DNA of 64,000 nt. Origin: Ptychomitrium polyphyllum. Taxonomy: Eukaryota. The stretch covers positions 12,834,001-12,898,000 of the forward strand of contig OZ316775.1 in NCBI GenBank assembly GCA_973851085.1. Direction: 5' to 3'. Of the stretch, positions 62,401-64,000 are shown in pieces. The notes below the pieces were generated by a model. The model worked only from the letters and a program-made list of their open reading frames with translations, made no database searches and was not told where the DNA came from. The position numbers were made by a program, and so were the translations under genes. How positions within the stretch are numbered: position 1 is the first letter of the stretch; every line of letters begins with the position of its first letter.

Positions 62401-63030
62401 GCACAATCTTCTTCAAAGAACCTTAGCTCTAACAAAGATGAAAAGTAGTCTTGCCAAACTGTTAGGGACACAAGAAACAAGAAGCAAAAACGAAGTGCTT
62501 CCTAAGAATTAGCTTCCAAAGAGCTAATGATTAACAAGAATTTGATACAAAGACTAGAACAAGGCAAGATTCAAGATGATCCACAACTTGTGTTGGCAAG
62601 ACTAAGGAATACCTTGTCTTGCCTCTTATTTATACTATGACGTTTGTATCTCCTAGGATACTTCTAAAGAAGCTTCCTATAAGGCTTAAGAATGTTCTGG
62701 AAGTCTAGGAAACCTTCCCAAGAGGTTTTCCAAGATATTAGAACCTTCCTAAGAGTCTTCTAAGGAGTTGGAATCTTCCTTGGAAGTTTCCTAAGGTAGG
62801 GGAATCTTCTTAGGAAGTTTCCTAAAGAAGTAGAACCTTCCTAGGAAGTTATCTAAGATGATTGAACCTTCCTAGGAATTTTCCTAAGGAGGAGGAACTT
62901 TTCTAGGAAGCTTCCTATAAACATAGATAGGATTATGGAGACATCTAAAAGTATTCTAAGAAGCTATTATAGTATAGTAGAAGGTATAGACTGTTCTAAG
63001 CACTATGTTGCATGATCTATATCCGTAACA
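56433..63030 (-). mobile_element. Near full-length Ty3/Gypsy chromovirus, family A (RLG1-like), degenerate: 5' LTR 63030-62460, gag about 62214-61204, pol about 61198-57735, PPT about 57078-57092, 3' LTR 57077-56433
   Basis: gag zinc knuckle CLYCGKSGHKVHNC, protease [31 protein letters not shown] with YLDD mutated to YLDA, RNase H LEADASDFALG, integrase [26 protein letters not shown], chromodomain [21 protein letters not shown]. Multiple frameshifts and stops; two same-orientation LTRs. Confidence 0.93.
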
Positions 63031-63460
63031 GGTGTAACACTTCAAATATTGTTCTAAAATTTGGTAGATTTGCTTTCTTTATTAATAGAAGGTTGAAGAA
63101 AGTTGATATCCACCTTGAGAATTCCAAAGAGCGATTTTCAAAATCTAGATTTGCACTTTGATCCACAATCCAATACACTATTGTGGAGTAATCCATAATA
63201 ATGATAGATATTATCCATGAAGACTACAGCAGTTTCATCAGCCGTAATTGTCTTCTTGCAAAAATATAAAATGTGCCATTTTGGTCATTTGGTCTATAAC
63301 AATAAAGATGGAATAAAAAGAATTTGATGGTAGAAGATGTGTAATAAAATCTATTGATACTAACAACCATGGTTGCTTTAAATTAGGCATTAGTTGAAGA
63401 AGTCCATATGAATAGTATTGTACTATAAATAGTTATATGGCATAAAACTTAGTTAATATG
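63031..63460 (-). pseudogene. Decayed Gypsy integrase core of an older host element
   Basis: The minus strand translates to FITHLL..FYSIFIVIDQMTKMAHF..KKTITADETAVVFMDNIYHYYGL..QILEQYLKCYT, ending exactly at the family-A LTR. Confidence 0.8.
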
Positions 63461-63519
63461 TATTGTTTTGTGGATTTTGATTTATTGTATTTTTAAAAGG
63501 AGTACCTGAATGAAAAGAA

Positions 63520-64000
63520 AATTTAGGTGAAAAGGATTGTGGTAAAACCACGGTTTTGAGTATCTTGGAAGCAAAACTGCATCTTGTCTTAGCTCGCAGT
63601 GAAGGCACCGATTGACTGCGTTATTTTCCTGCCTGCCGTTCTCACTAGTAGTATTAAGCCAAGTGCCGCCATCCCAATCAACGAATCCAACGAGAATCAA
63701 ACTTGGACCGGTTCTGTATTTGAATTTTATCCAGTCAACCAAGTTCATGGCTTGGTGTTTGATTTTGCCTCAACAGTGACTTTATATTCATTGAACTTCA
63801 ATTTTTTCCATATTTTCTTCCTTTTATTTCAGTTTTATTTTCCTAATTTAGATTTGTGAGGATTGATTTTGTCTTCCTTTGTAGTTTGGAATGTAGAAGT
63901 TTCAACCAAAGGAAAGAAAAGAAAGAAAAGCAAAATAAAAGGATTTAGGTTGTTTTTTATTTGAAGATACGGTTAGATAAGGGTTTAATAAAGGAGACTA
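63520..64000. repeat. Unclassified dispersed repeat, copy 2 (homologous to 47075-47570; runs off the window edge)
   Basis: Same shared blocks as copy 1, in the same orientation. This copy retains more C/G. Confidence 0.8.

Overview
Eukaryotic land-plant genomic DNA, most likely the moss Physcomitrium patens (inferred from gene content, intron style and recognisable moss Gypsy LTRs). Bases 1-45 kb are gene-dense, with seven protein-coding genes, six of them in three head-to-head pairs: a CIA30/Rossmann (At4g18810-like) protein, a SAM methyltransferase, an FAD monooxygenase, a large SET1/ATXR7-type H3K4 methyltransferase, an uncharacterised coiled-coil protein, tubulin-folding cofactor E and an intronless dolichol kinase. 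Bases 45.5-64 kb are a nest of decayed LTR retrotransposons: two Gypsy LTR families, one Copia, and solo or recombinant LTRs. The most unusual feature is a set of sharply bounded, extremely AT-rich, CG/CHG-poor domains inside intact genes. The ATXR7-like gene (18 phase-consistent exons, about 2,390 aa) starts in 50-65% GC DNA and continues for about 12 kb at roughly 12-30% GC without losing its reading frame. A smaller island of the same type lies in the middle of the coiled-coil gene. Exon models were assembled by hand from GT-AG sites and reading phase, and GC values come from spot counts of individual 60-nt lines.
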